This document shows positions 24,050 to 39,210 of a DNA stretch of 64,000 bases, one piece after another. The stretch lies in contig NW_025963924.1 of the NCBI RefSeq assembly GCF_023055435.1, positions 5,270,001 to 5,334,000 on the forward strand, in the 5' to 3' direction. Position 1 is the stretch's first letter, and every line of letters starts with the position of its first letter. Both the position numbers and the translations under genes were made by a program. The DNA is from Haliotis rufescens. Lineage: Eukaryota. Below the pieces are notes generated by a model that was not told the DNA's origin, did no database searches, and saw only the letters and a program-made list of their open reading frames with translations.

Positions 24050-25159
24050 TATAAGAGAGCTACAATCGTTGCATCAGTGTGTTATACGCAGTTTTATCCT
24101 TTCTGATTATATTTTAAGTTAATCTTAAGGTCAGCTGTATTCCCTTTGCATAGCTTTGTTAGCTATCCTCTGTTTTGTTTGAAAAATGATAGGATTTTCT
24201 GTTGCTGCAGGACCAACTTCCTAAAGTCAGCTATAGACGACATAGGTGTCGATGACATTGTCAATGCCACCTGTGATGTGACCTCACGGAAATATATCTT
24301 CCCGGATGTTCAGGGTTGGCATCAGAAATTTGGCTTCTTGGAGAAAATTCCAACCTCGTTTATCCGAGCATCTGATGTGGTCATTAGACGAGATCTGAAG
24401 AAAGGCCTGACTGAGGAGAACTGCCTGGCACAAGAAGTCATGTCAGCCATGGGCCAGCCAGTTCACAGGCGCAGATGCTGGATCTCTAAGTCTAGGACCA
24501 AGAATGGTGACGACGGTGACATCAATAACAATGAGACTGTTGCTGGTAAATAGAGCCTTACGTTATATCCCTCTCTGTGATAATGCTTTGTGTTGCCCGA
24601 AACTGTGGCTTGTGCAAACAATGTGGTAGAGTTGAATTAATAGGATGTATTGGAAGATGTAGACCTTCATCAAATGCCCGTGTCTTTCTTCAGCTGCAGT
24701 GGAGGACGACATTAAATACATGGAGGACGTTTATGTGCGAGTTGTCCGCCCCTTCAAGCCCACCCACCCTGAGCACCTCCAGCTGAATCTAGGTGAGTGT
24801 TCCCACCCAGCAGTGCCTGCAACACTCATGGGTCGGATGTAGGAGCGCCCATAGTTGCACATGGATGACCTTGCATGGATGCTGCATGTGTGAGGTTAAG
24901 CCTAAGTGGTCCTACTCTTTGTGAGCAGAAGTAGAGCGAATGATTACTGGAAAAATGTGGATGATATTTGTATTTTTTTATACTTGTGTGGTTCTCTTGG
25001 GTTATGGTGTTACTTTTGTTTCTTGCAGGCATGCGCATCAAGCAAAAGTTCCCAATGGATGTGAGGGGCATGTCCTTTGGGTGGTGCCGGAGTGGGCTTG
25101 TCGGCCGTAACAAACAGTATGGCTTCTACCCTGCTGACCACGTGATTCTGGAGACATAG
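22055..25159 (+). CDS. PACSIN-like F-BAR + SH3 gene, copy 4 (lineage B, apparently intact)
   Basis: Same exon structure; DIGVDD variant shared with copy 5. Confidence 0.83.
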
Positions 25160-27776
25160 ACTATTTTTGTTTCCTCTGCTTTAAACCATAATCCATCTTG
25201 ACTGTATATATTGTAAAAATGTTTTCATGTAAATACATATTGATAACTGTGTACACATTTTGTCGGCTTCGTTATTTTGTTCCTTCCTTGGGTCTGACAT
25301 AGACGAGGAGGCAACATCAGAACTGTAGAGGCAGGCTGAGAATATCCATCTTGGATGATGAGTGGGCCTCAGAGCACAGTTACCTCCCACCCCACTGAGG
25401 TTTACCATGAACCGGAAGGAAATTAAGATAATATAGTGCCTTGTTTAAATGGGCTGATCAGTCCGTGCCAATGTTTTTAGTGTGACTTGGGATAGCTTAA
25501 ATGTAAGATTAGACATTGTTGTTTGTCGCAAATCTTTCGTTAGCCACAGCCTTTGCAAGGGTATTGATTCCAGCTTCCCATGACTTGACCCCAAGTTGAA
25601 AACCACTATGTGTGTTTCGGCTCGAAATATCCGGTGAACATTGTTGACAGTTGTTACTGCCAAATTTGACTGGAGTAGCCAGGCCGATACGTTGCGTTAT
25701 AAGTGACAAGTGACAGGTCGGTCAGCATGCAACAGGAGAACAGCCCACAACCGATATTAATTAGGGTGGGCTGTTATGTCATTGTAGATAGCAAAGAAGG
25801 AAAATAATTGTGGTCTGAGGCCAGTGTTCTACTTCATTTGATCTTGGGGGTCATAGGTGAAAACACAGGGAAGCGGTCGTAAAATGCACGTGGCCGTGGG
25901 GGTCGGGTGGACAGCATTAGGCCGAGTCGAGCAGGTCGGGTGGGTTGATGTACCTTTTAAGTTGTTCCCCTCAACAGTGAAGGTGGGGAGGTGGGCTGTA
26001 GCGGGGGGTAGCTGGGTCCACTTGCGTCACCCCTGAGTGCAGGGAGGGACAGACGCAGTAGTTCAGAAGAGCAGTGATGGGGCACATCTTCCTCGATCAA
26101 GGGACTATTTCAGTAGCAGACGGTACGAGGCTCGCCGGCCACGTCGACCCTGGACATGCCTATAGAGATATTAAATCAGAACGTGTCGTCTTTACATTGG
26201 TTTCTGATTCAATAAGGATGACGAATTATTGTAATAAAGAACAATCGAGAAAACATTACTGTGTCGAAATTGCAAATCCAAAACCATCTTGAAATGGGAC
26301 TTTTAATATGTCCCGCCTCTCTCACAGAAAGGATATTTGGGTATTCACATATAGTTTACCTAATTACTTAGACGCTGTTGCTGTTATTTTGATATATTTT
26401 TCAATTCTGTAAAGAGTTCCGAGAGTATTACCAAGCGTTGCACAAATGTATGCAGGATCGGCTACATTCGGAAACAATCAACATTTGCGGCTTTTAGTAT
26501 CTCCCCCGTCCCTCCTTACAGAATGGATGTTTGGTTTTCAGCTTAATTTTTTCACATACTGCAAGGTATAGCGCATTTATTGATATATGACGGGATATCA
26601 CTGAAAATATCTTACATGACTTATAAAATCGCGGAACATTAAATGTCATACTTCAGCCATGAAATTGGACTAAAAGTCGGCAACTGTAAAGAATTGCGGC
26701 TTTTAGTATATCCCGCGTCCCTCCTCAGAGAATGGATGTTTAGTTTTCATCTTAATTTTTCCACATCCTACAAGATGTAGTGTTTTTAATGATATATGAC
26801 CGGATATCGCTGACAAGCCCTACAGGACTTACAGATCGCGGAACACCAAGGGTCAAAAACTTCCACCATAAAATTTAACACGCAAAATCGGCAACCATCT
26901 TGCAAGATGCGACTTTTAGTATCTCCCGCCCCCCTCCTCGCAGACGGGATATCTATCTATGGTTGTAATTTTGTCATATACTTGAGGATATAATCTTTTT
27001 AATGATATATAGCACGACATCATCGACAAAATCGTACATCAGTTAAAAATAGCTGAACATATAGGTTTCAGACACTTGAAAATTGACTGATATAGTCGGC
27101 AACCATAAAGAATTGAGACTTTTAGTATCTCCCGACCCCTTCTCGCAGACGGGATATCTACCCATGATTGTAATTTTGTCATATATTTGAGGACATAATC
27201 CTTTTAATGGTACATGTGTATATAACACAATGTCATCGACAATATCGTACAGTACTAACAAATACGTGAACTTGGGGGGGGGGGTGGTCCAGATACTTGC
27301 ACACATGAAATTTGACTGAAAAAATGGGCAACCATCAAGAATGCTACTCTGAGTATCTCATGCAGTATCTCAGGGGTAGTGGGATAGCCTAGTGGTTAAA
27401 GCCTTCGCTCGTCACGCTGAAGACCCGGGTTCGATTCTCGACAGGAGTACAATGTGTGAAGCCAATTCCTGGTGTCCCCCGCCGTGATATTGCTGGAATA
27501 TTGCTAAAAGCGGTGTAAAACCCTACTCACTCATGCACGCCACCCAGCTCGCAGTCGGGATATTGATCTATCTTCGTTAATTCCCCACATTCTACCAGAC
27601 GATAAAATTTACGCTAGTCGAGCTCAGCCTGCAATGACGGACTTTACCGAGATGTGACGGAATCGCCTCTGTGACGTCATAATGGCAACGCCGCCATTGC
27701 TTGCGTAGCAACCAGATTTACACTTGGTCAAGTCTGATAGCTCTGCCAAAATTGTCTTTTTCCTTTTTTTACAAGC

Positions 27777-29724
27777 ATGAATGAGATTCACCTTCCAGAT
27801 TTCCATCATCTTCAGAACGAGGGGGAACTGTAAGTAGATTTTTTTAATTCTTATATTGCACGTAGCGTGATGGAATCTCCAAATTAAATGTAACGGACGT
27901 TCTCGTTGCTAGGTCGCCATTTTGGACCCTGATTTCAAAGGGTATACCGAAGTGCATATGCCAATTTCAGCGATCCCTCAAACAAAATTGCCCCATGCCG
28001 TTCCCGTTTTCAGACAGTATTAAGTATATTGGAAATCGCCGACAATATCATAGTGTGGCACGAGGTCATATAATACATTTTCGCCCCAAAACATGCCAAT
28101 CCTGAGGACCACAATTCGCGCTACTTTAGGCTAAATTTCCCCTGTCTTTTGCCAGTTTACAAAGAGTTGTTACTGTCTGTTTACAGCATCAACCCTTCTC
28201 GTTTCTGGTTTGAACTAATCACTTCCCGGATCGACATCAATCATTCGTACGCCGAGAGGCTGCTCAGCTGGTGTGAAGATTGTAAAGGCAAGCTTGACAC
28301 TGTCAGTCAAGACGGTAAGCATGCGATTACTTATTTAGATTAACCCTTTGACTTTAAAGTTCCTGTAATGTTGCTTTTAGCTATCATTTTGGTCTGTTAT
28401 CGACTTTGTTGAATGTCTGCATCGCGTTTTGGCTAATACTTTTGCGTTTTTGGTTTTTAGCATGTTCCGAGAGTTATGAGATTCGTCATCTTCTGGACTG
28501 CTACCTGAAATCGTCCGAACAGGAGGCTAACCATATTCTCACCGTGTCTCGTGATCTTACCGGCCAGAACGGATCCATCCGATCTCTAAAAAAGTGAGAA
28601 AACTTATTGCATCTGTCGATGGTACTCCTGTGTGACTTCTGACTGTCTCGTTTTGATTGAATGATTTATAAAATGGACAGTAGGGTATTCATGTTGTTGG
28701 TGGTTATGTTTTCAGACTGACGTCTACTAACAGGAGAGGCGTGTCATCTGAGCACAAGGACCTGAGCCGGGAACTTCTGTCCCTGACTGAGAGACACATG
28801 GTGTGCCTCAAACATCTCCAGGACGTGAAGGAGGTAAGTTGTTGTGGCGACTGCCTTCAGGATGAAGCGTTAATCATAATATGTTTTGTATTCTCAATGC
28901 CATACACATAATCGTATGTTCATCAAAGTAGAATACAACAAGTTGGATGTTTTCTCCTTCTTGGCAGAACGGAATAATGGCCATGACTGCCTCTCACAAT
29001 TATGAACGGAGAATAAGCGAGTTGAAGGCTGAGCTGGAGAAGGTGGGGGAGAAGTCTAAGAGATCCCGGCCCAGCATGGTAGAGAAGAAGGTTCGCACTC
29101 TGCACTCTAAGCTGTTTAAATACGACCAGAAGAAGAGGACCCACAGAATCCATTACGAGCAGCTATTGAAAGAGGAGAGTGAGCTTGTGAACAAGCTGAG
29201 AAAGGTGTGCATTTGAAAATAGGGGAGCTTACTTCTGTGTCTCCTGCCATTCCTACCCATTCTTGTGTTTGGTTCCTCTGTGTTAGAACTCTTTATCTTA
29301 ATCTTGATTAACCTTCTTTCTCTATTTAAGTTAACTCTTCCCCTTACCGACACAAACAAACCCAAAACTACACAATGACATGCAAAACACAAATATCCGC
29401 TCTTGTTCATGTCTGTCTTTCGATATCTTGCCCTCATCTGTTTTCGTGCATGTTTCTGTCATTCTCCTGTTACTTTTTGTTTTTCCTTCCGTCATTTCTC
29501 TATCAATTCCCTGTTTTGTTTGTCCCCTCTCTCCGCCCACCCAGACCTCTGACCATGCATGTCAAGAAGCATGTGCCCTGCAGAAGAGTCAGTTGGAGTC
29601 CTTGGTCTCCAGTCTCAGAGACTTTGTTGTCAAGACGTGCTCGTCTGACAACGCTGACAGGTACAGCAGTAGCATTGGCTTAACTGTGTCACGGTGTATT
29701 GTTCTGAAGTTCTGATGCTCTCTC

Positions 29725-29769
<45 letters not shown>

Positions 29770-30879
29770 TATAAGAGAGCTACAATCGTTGCATCAGTGT
29801 GTTATACGCAGTTTTATCCTTTCTGATTATATTTTAAGTTAATCTTAAGGTCAGCTGTATTCCCTTTGCATAGCTTTGTTAGCTATCCTCTGTTTTGTTT
29901 GAAAAATGATAGGATTTTCTGTTGCTGCAGGACCAACTTCCTAAAGTCAGCTATAGACGACATAGGTGTCGATGACATTGTCAATGCCACCTGTGATGTG
30001 ACCTCACGGAAATATATCTTCCCGGATGTTCAGGGTTGGCATCAGAAATTTGGCTTCTTGGAGAAAATTCCAACCTCGTTTATCCGAGCATCTGATGTGG
30101 TCATTAGACGAGATCTGAAGAAAGGCCTGACTGAGGAGAACTGCCTGGCACAAGAAGTCATGTCAACCATGGGCCAGCCAGTTCACAGGCGCAGATGCTG
30201 GATCTCTAAGTCTAGGACCAAGAATGGTGACGACGGTGACATCAATAACAATGAGACTGTTGCTGGTAAATAGAGCCTTACGTTATATCCCTCTCTGTGA
30301 TAATGCTTTGTGTTGCCCGAAACTGTGGCTTGTGCAAACAATGTGGTAGAGTTGAATTAATAGGATGTATTGGAAGATGTAGACCTTCATCAAATGCCCG
30401 TGTCTTTCTTCAGCTGCAGTGGAGGACGACATTAAATACATGGAGGACGTTTATGTGCGAGTTGTCCGCCCCTTCAAGCCCACCCACCCTGAGCACCTCC
30501 AGCTGAATCTAGGTGAGTGTTCCCACCCAGCAGTGCCTGCAACACTCATGGGTCGGATGTAGGAGCGCCCATAGTTGCACATGGATGACCTTGCATGGAT
30601 GCTGCATGTGTGAGGTTAAGCCTAAGTGGTCCTACTCTTTGTGAGCAGAAGTAGAGCGAATGATTACTGGAAAAATGTGGATGATATTTGTATTTTTTTA
30701 TACTTGTGTGGTTCTCTTGGGTTATGGTGTTACTTTTGTTTCTTGCAGGCATGCGCATCAAGCAAAAGTTCCCAATGGATGTGAGGGGCATGTCCTTTGG
30801 GTGGTGCCGGAGTGGGCTTGTCGGCCGTAACAAACAGTATGGCTTCTACCCTGCTGACCACGTGATTCTGGAGACATAG
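27777..30879 (+). CDS. PACSIN-like F-BAR + SH3 gene, copy 5 (lineage B, apparently intact)
   Basis: Same exon structure; DIGVDD and private MSTMG variants. Confidence 0.83.
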
Positions 30880-33507
30880 ACTATTTGTTTCCTCTGCTTT
30901 AAACCATAATCCATCTTGACTGTATATATTGTAAAAATGTTTTCATGTAAATACATATTGATAACTGTGTACACATTTTGTCGGCTTCGTTATTTTGTTC
31001 CTTCCTTGGGTCTGACATAGACGAGGAGGCAACATCAGAACTGTAGAGGCAGGCTGAGAATATCCATCTTGGATGATGAGTGGGCCTCAGAGCACAGTTA
31101 CCTCCCACCCCACTGAGGTTTACCATGAACCGGAAGGAAATTAAGATAATATAGTGCCTTGTTTAAATGGGCTGATCAGTCCGTGCCAATGTTTTTAGTG
31201 TGACTTGGGATAGCTTAAATGTAAGATTAGACATTGTTGTTTGTCGCAAATCTTTCGTTAGCCACAGCCTTTGCAAGGGTATTGATTCCAGCTTCCCATG
31301 ACTTGACCCCAAGTTGAAAACCACTATGTGTGTTTCGGCTCGAAATATCCGGTGAACATTGTTGACAGTTGTTACTGCCAAATTTGACTGGAGTAGCCAG
31401 GCCGATACGTTGCGTTATAAGTGACAAGTGACAGGTCGGTCAGCATGCAACAGGAGAACAGCCCACAACCGATATTAATTAGGGTGGGCTGTTATGTCAT
31501 TGTAGATAGCAAAGAAGGAAAATAATTGTGGTCTGAGGCCAGTGTTCTACTTCATTTGATCTTGGGGGTCATAGGTGAAAACACAGGGAAGCGGTCGTAA
31601 AATGCACGTGGCCGTGGGGGTCGGGTGGACAGCATTAGGCCGAGTCGAGCAGGTCGGGTGGGTTGATGTACCTTTTAAGTTGTTCCCCTCAACAGTGAAG
31701 GTGGGGAGGTGGGCTGTAGCGGGGGGTAGCTGGGTCCACTTGCGTCACCCCTGAGTGCAGGGAGGGACAGACGCAGTAGTTCAGAAGAGCAGTGATGGGG
31801 CACATCTTCCTCGATCAAGGGACTATTTCAGTAGCAGACGGTACGAGGCTCGCCGGCCACGTCGATCCTGGACATGCCTATAGAGATATTAAATCAGAAC
31901 GTGTCGTCTTTACATTGGTTTCTGATTCAATAAGGATGACGAATTATTGTAATAAAGAACAATCGAGAAAACATTACTGTGTCGAAATTGCAAATCCAAA
32001 ACCATCTTGAAATGGGACTTTTAATATGTCCCGCCTCTCTCACAGAAAGGATATTTGGGTATTCACATATAGTTTACCTAATTACTTAGACGCTGTTGCT
32101 GTTATTTTGATATCTTTTTCAATTCTGTAAAGAGTTCCGAGAGTATTACCAAGCGTTGCACAAATGTATGCAGGATCGGCTACATTCGGAAACAATCAAC
32201 ATTTGCGGCTTTTAGTATCTCCCGTGTCCCTCCTTACAGAATGGATGTTTGGTTTTCAGCTTAATTTTTTCACATACTGCAAGGTATAGCGCATTTATTG
32301 ATATATGACGGGATATCACTGAAAATATCTTACATGACTTATAAAATCGCGGAACATTAAATGTCATACTTCAGCCATGAAATTGGACTAAAAGTCGGCA
32401 ACTGTAAAGAATTGCGGCTTTTAGTATATCCCGCGTCCCTCCTCAGAGAATGGATGTTTAGTTTTCATCTTAATTTTTCCACATCCTACAAGATGTAGTG
32501 TTTTTAATGATATATGACCGGATATCGCTGACAAGCCCTACAGGACTTACAGATCGCGGAACACCAAGGGTCAAAAACTTCCACCATAAAATTTAACACG
32601 CAAAATCGGCAACCATCTTGCAAGAATTGCGACTTTTAGTATCTCCCGCCCCCCTCCTCGCAGACGGGATATCTATCTATGGTTGTAATTTTGTCATATA
32701 CTTGAGGATATAATCTTTTTAATGATATATAGCACGACATCATCGACAAAATCGTACATCAGTTAAAAATAGCTGAACATATAGGTTTCAGACACTTGAA
32801 AATTGACTGATATAGTCGGCAACCATAAAGAATTGAGACTTTTAGTATCTCCCGACCCCTTCTCGCAGACGGGATATCTACCCATGATTGTAATTTTGTC
32901 ATATATTTGAGGACATAATCCTTTTAATGGTACATGTGTATATAACACAATGTCATCGACAATATCGTACAGTACTAACAAATACGTGAACTTGGGGGGG
33001 GGGGGGGGGGGGGGGTGGTCCAGATACTTGCACACATGAAATTTGACTGAAAAAATGGGCAACCATCAAGAATGCTACTCTGAGTATCTCATGCAGTATC
33101 TCAGGGGTAGTGGGATAGCCTAGTGGTTAAAGCCTTCGCTCGTCACGCTGAAGACCCGGGTTCGATTCTCGACAGGAGTACAATGTGTGAAGCCAATTCC
33201 TGGTGTCCCCCGCCGTGATATTGCTGGAATATTGCTAAAAGCGGTGTAAAACCCTACTCACTCATGCACGCCACCCAGCTCGCAGTCGGGATATTGATCT
33301 ATCTTCGTTAATTCCCCACATTCTACCAGACGATAAAATTTACGCTAGTCGAGCTCAGCCTGCAATGACGGACTTTACCGAGATGTGACGGAATCGCCTC
33401 TGTGACGTCATAATGGCAACGCCGCCATTGCTTGCGTAGCAACCAGATTTACACTTGGTCAAGTCTGATAGCTCTGCCAAAATTGTCTTTTTCCTTTTTT
33501 TACAAGC

Positions 33508-36500
33508 ATGAATGAGATTCACCTTCCAGATTTCCATCATCTTCAGAACGAGGGGGAACTGTAAGTAGATTTTTTTAATTCTTATATTGCACGTAGCGTG
33601 ATGGAATCTCCAAATTAAATGTAACGGACGTTCTCGTTGCTAGGTCGCCATTTTGGACCCTGATTTCAAAGGGTATACCGAAGTGCATATGCCAATTTCA
33701 GCGATCCCTCAAACAAAATTGCCCCATGCTGTTCCCGTTTTCAGACAGTATTAAGTATATTGGAAATCGCCGACAATATCATAGTGTGGCACGAGGTCAT
33801 ATAATACATTTTCGCCCCAAAACATGCCAATCCTGAGGACCACAATTCGCGCTACTTTAGGCTAAATTTCCCCTGTCTTTTGCCAGTTTACAAAGAGTTG
33901 TTACTGTCTGTTTACAGCATCAACCCTTCTCGTTTCTGGTTTGAACTAATCACTTCCCGGATCGACATCAATCATTCGTACGCCGAGAGGCTGCTCAGCT
34001 GGTGTGAAGATTGTAAAGGCAAGCTTGACACTGTCAGTCAAGACGGTAAGCATGCGATTACTTATTCAGATTAACCCTTTGACTTTAAAGTTCCTGTAAT
34101 GTTGCTTTTAGCTATCATTTTGGTCTGTTATCGACTTTGTTGAATGTCTGCATCGCGTTTTGGCTAATACTTTTGCGTTTTTGGTTTTTAGCATGTTCCG
34201 AGAGTTATGAGATTCGTCATCTTCTGGACTGCTACCTGAAATCGTCCGAACAGGAGGCTAACCATATTCTCACCATGTCTCGTGATCTTACCGGCCAGAA
34301 CGGATCCATCCGATCTCTAAAAAAGTGAGAAAACTTATTGCATCTGTCGATGGTACTCCTGTGTGACTTCTGACTGTCTCGTTTTGAGTGAATGATTTAT
34401 AAAATGGACAGTAGGGTATTCATGTTGTTGGTGGTTATGTTTTCAGACTGACGTCTACTAACAGGAGAGGCGTGTCATCTGAGCACAAGGACCTGAGCCG
34501 GGAACTTCTGTCCCTGACTGAGAGACACATGGTGTGCCTCAAACATCTCCAGGACGTGAAGGAGGTAAGTTGTTGTGGCGACTGCCTTCAGGATGAAGCG
34601 TTAATCATAATATGTTTTGTATTCTCAATGCCATACACATAATCGTATGTTCATCAAAGTAGAATACAACAAGTTGGATGTTTTCTCCTTCTTGGCAGAA
34701 CGGAATAATGGCCATGACTGCCTCTCACAATTATGAACGGAGAATAAGCGAGTTGAAGGCTGAGCTGGAGAAGGTGGGGGAGAAGTCTAAGAGATCCCGG
34801 CCCAGCATGGTAGAGAAGAAGGTTCGCACTCTGCACTCTAAGCTGTTTAAATACGACCAGAAGAAGAGGACCCACAGAATCCATTACGAGCAGCTATTGA
34901 AAGAGGAGAGTGAGCTTGTGAACAAGCTGAGAAAGGTGTGCATTTGAAAATAGGGGAGCTTACTTCTGTGTCTCCTGCCATTCCTACCCATTCTTGTGTT
35001 TGGTTCCTCTGTGTTAGAACTCTTTATCTTAATCTTGATTAACCTTCTTTCTCTATTTAAGTTAACTCTTCCCCTTACCGACACAAACAAACCCAAAACT
35101 ACACAATGACATGCAAAACACAAATATCCGCTCTTGTTCATGTCTGTCTTTCGATATCTTGCCCTCATCTGTTTTCGTGCATGTTTCTGTCATTCTCCTG
35201 TTACTTTTTGTTTTTCCTTCTGTCATTTCTCTATCAATTCCCTGTTTTGTTTGTCCCCTCTCCCCGCCCACCCAGACCTCTGACCATGCATGTCAAGAAG
35301 CATGTGCCCTGCAGAAGAGTCAGTTGGAGTCCTTGGTCTCCAGTCTCAGAGACTTTGTTGTCAAGACGTGCTCGTCTGACAACGCTGACAGGTACAGCAG
35401 TAGCATTGGCTTAACTGTGTCACGGTGTATTGTTCTGAAGTTCTGATGCTCTCTCTCACTCTCTCTCTCTCTCGTTAATAAGAGAGCTACAATCGTTGCA
35501 TCAGTGTGTTATACGCAGTTTTATCCTTTCTGATTATATTTTAAGTTAATCTTAAGGTCAGCTGTATTCCCTTTGCATAGCTTTGTTAGCTATCCTCTGT
35601 TTTGTTTGAAAAATGATAGGATTTTCTGTTGCTGCAGGACCAACTTCCTAAAGTCAGCTATAGACGACATAGCTGTCGATGACATTGTCAATGCCACCTG
35701 TGATGTGACCTCACGGAAATATATCTTCCCGGATGTTCAGGGTTGGCATCAGAAATTTGGCTTCTTGGAGAAAATTCCAACCTCGTTTATCCGAGCATCT
35801 GATGTGGTCATTAGACGAGATCTGAAGAAAGGCCTGACTGAGGAGAACTGCCTGGCACAAGAAGTCATGTCAGCCATGGGCCAGCCAGTTCACAGGCGCA
35901 GATGCTGGATCTCTAAGTCTAGGACCAAGAATGGTGACGACGGTGACATCAATAACAATGAGACTGTTGCTGGTAAATAGAGCCTTACGTTATATCCCTC
36001 TCTGTGATAATGCTTTGTGTTGCCCGAAACTGTGGCTTGTGCAAACAATGTGGTAGAGTTGAATTAATAGGATGTATTGGAAGATGTAGACCTTCATCAA
36101 ATGCCCGTGTCTTTCTTCAGCTGCAGTGGAGGACGACATTAAATACATGGAGGACGTTTATGTGCGAGTTGTCCGCCCCTTCAAGCCCACCCACCCTGAG
36201 CACCTCCAGCTGAATCTAGGTGAGTGTTCCCACCCAGCAGTGCCTGCAACACTCATGGGTCGGATGTAGGAGCGCCCATAGTTGCACATGGATGACCTTG
36301 CATGGATGCTGCATGTGTGAGGTTAAGCCTAAGTGGTCCTACTCTTTGTGAGCAGAAGTAGAGCGAATGATTACTGGAAAAATGTGGATGATATTTGTAT
36401 TTTTTTATACTTGTGTGGTTCTCTTGGGTTATGGTGTTACTTTTGTTTCTTGCAGGCATGCGCATCAAGCAAAAGTTCCCAATGGATGTGAGGGGCATGT

Positions 36501-36586
36501 CCTTTGGGTGGTGCCGGAGTGGGCTTGTCGGCCGTAACAAACAGTATGGCTTCTACCCTGCTGACCACGTGATTCTGGAGACATAG
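33508..36586 (+). CDS. PACSIN-like F-BAR + SH3 gene, copy 6 (lineage B, apparently intact)
   Basis: Same exon structure; private LTMSR variant in exon 3. Confidence 0.83.
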
Positions 36587-39210
36587 ACTATTTTTGTTTC
36601 CTCTGCTTTAAACCATAATCCATCTTGACTGTATATATTGTAAAAATGTTTTCATGTAAATACATATTGATAACTGTGTACACATTTTGTCGGCTTCGTT
36701 ATTTTGTTCCTTCCTTGGGTCTGACATAGACGAGGAGGCAACATCAGAACTGTAGAGGCAGGCTGAGAATATCCATCTTGGATGATGAGTGGGCCTCAGA
36801 GCACAGTTACCTCCCACCCCACTGAGGTTTACCATGAACCGGAAGGAAATTAAGATAATATAGTGCCTTGTTTAAATGGGCTGATCAGTCCGTGCCAATG
36901 TTTTTAGTGTGACTTGGGATAGCTTAAATGTAAGATTAGACATTGTTGTTTGTCGCAAATCTTTCGTTAGCCACAGCCTTTGCAAGGGTATTGATTCCAG
37001 CTTCCCATGACTTGACCCCAAGTTGAAAACCACTATGTGTGTTTCGGCTCGAAATATCCGGTGAACATTGTTGACAGTTGTTACTGCCAAATTTGACTGG
37101 AGTAGCCAGGCCGATACGTTGCGTTATAAGTGACAAGTGACAGGTCGGTCAGCATGCAACAGGAGAACAGCCCACAACCGATATTAATTAGGGTGGGCTG
37201 TTATGTCATTGTAGATAGCAAAGAAGGAAAATAATTGTGGTCTGAGGCCAGTGTTCTACTTCATTTGATCTTGGGGGTCATAGGTGAAAACACAGGGAAG
37301 CGGTCGTAAAATGCACGTGGCCGTGGGGGTCGGGTGGACAGCATTAGGCCGAGTCGAGCAGGTCGGGTGGGTTGATGTACCTTTTAAGTTGTTCCCCTCA
37401 ACAGTGAAGGTGGGGAGGTGGGCTGTAGCGGGGGGTAGCTGGGTCCACTTGCGTCACCCCTGAGTGCAGGGAGGGACAGACGCAGTAGTTCAGAAGAGCA
37501 GTGATGGGGCACATCTTCCTCGATCAAGGGACTATTTCAGTAGCAGACGGTACGAGGCTCGCCGGCCACGTCGATCCTGGACATGCCTATAGAGATATTA
37601 AATCAGAACGTGTCGTCTTTACATTGGTTTCTGATTCAATAAGGATGACGAATTATTGTAATAAAGAACAATCGAGAAAACATTACTGTGTCGAAATTGC
37701 AAATCCAAAACCATCTTGAAATGGGACTTTTAATATGTCCCGCCTCTCTCACAGAAAGGATATTTGGGTATTCACATATAGTTTACCTAATTACTTAGAC
37801 GCTGTTGCTGTTATTTTGATATCTTTTTCAATTCTGTAAAGAGTTCCGAGAGTATTACCAAGCGTTGCACAAATGTATGCAGGATCGGCTACATTCGGAA
37901 ACAATCAACATTTGCGGCTTTTAGTATCTCCCGTGTCCCTCCTTACAGAATGGATGTTTGGTTTTCAGCTTAATTTTTTCACATACTGCAAGGTATAGCG
38001 CATTTATTGATATATGACGGGATATCACTGAAAATATCTTACATGACTTATAAAATCGCGGAACATTAAATGTCATACTTCAGCCATGAAATTGGACTAA
38101 AAGTCGGCAACTGTAAAGAATTGCGGCTTTTAGTATATCCCGCGTCCCTCCTCAGAGAATGGATGTTTAGTTTTCATCTTAATTTTTCCACATCCTACAA
38201 GATGTAGTGTTTTTAATGATATATGACCGGATATCGCTGACAAGCCCTACAGGACTTACAGATCGCGGAACACCAAGGGTCAAAAACTTCCACCATAAAA
38301 TTTAACACGCAAAATCGGCAACCATCTTGCAAGATGCGACTTTTAGTATCTCCCGCCCCCCTCCTCGCAGACGGGATATCTATCTATGGTTGTAATTTTG
38401 TCATATACTTGAGGATATAATCTTTTTAATGATATATAGCACGACATCATCGACAAAATCGTACATCAGTTAAAAATAGCTGAACATATAGGTTTCAGAC
38501 ACTTGAAAATTGACTGATATAGTCGGCAACCATAAAGAATTGAGACTTTTAGTATCTCCCGACCCCTTCTCGCAGACGGGATATCTACCCATGATTGTAA
38601 CTTTGTCATATATTTGAGGACATAATCCTTTTAATGGTACATGTGTATATAACACAATGTCATCGACAATATCGTACAGTACTAACAAATACGTGAACTT
38701 GGGGGGGGGGGGGGGGGGGGGTCCAGATACTTGCACACATGAAATTTGACTGAAAAAATGGGCAACCATCAAGAATGCTACTCTGAGTATCTCATGCAGT
38801 ATCTCAGGGGTAGTGGGATAGCCTAGTGGTTAAAGCCTTCGCTCGTCACGCTGAAGACCCGGGTTCGATTCTCGACAGGAGTACAATGTGTGAAGCCAAT
38901 TCCTGGTGTCCCCCGCCGTGATATTGCTGGAATATTGCTAAAAGCGGTGTAAAACCCTACTCACTCATGCACGCCACCCAGCTCGCAGTCGGGATATTGA
39001 TCTATCTTCGTTAATTCCCCACATTCTACCAGACGATAAAATTTACGCTAGTCGAGCTCAGCCTGCAATGACGGACTTTACCGAGATGTGACGGAATCGC
39101 CTCTGTGACGTCATAATGGCAACGCCGCCATTGCTTGCGTAGCAACCAGATTTACACTTGGTCAAGTCTGATAGCTCTGCCAAAATTGTCTTTTTCCTTT
39201 TTTTACAAGC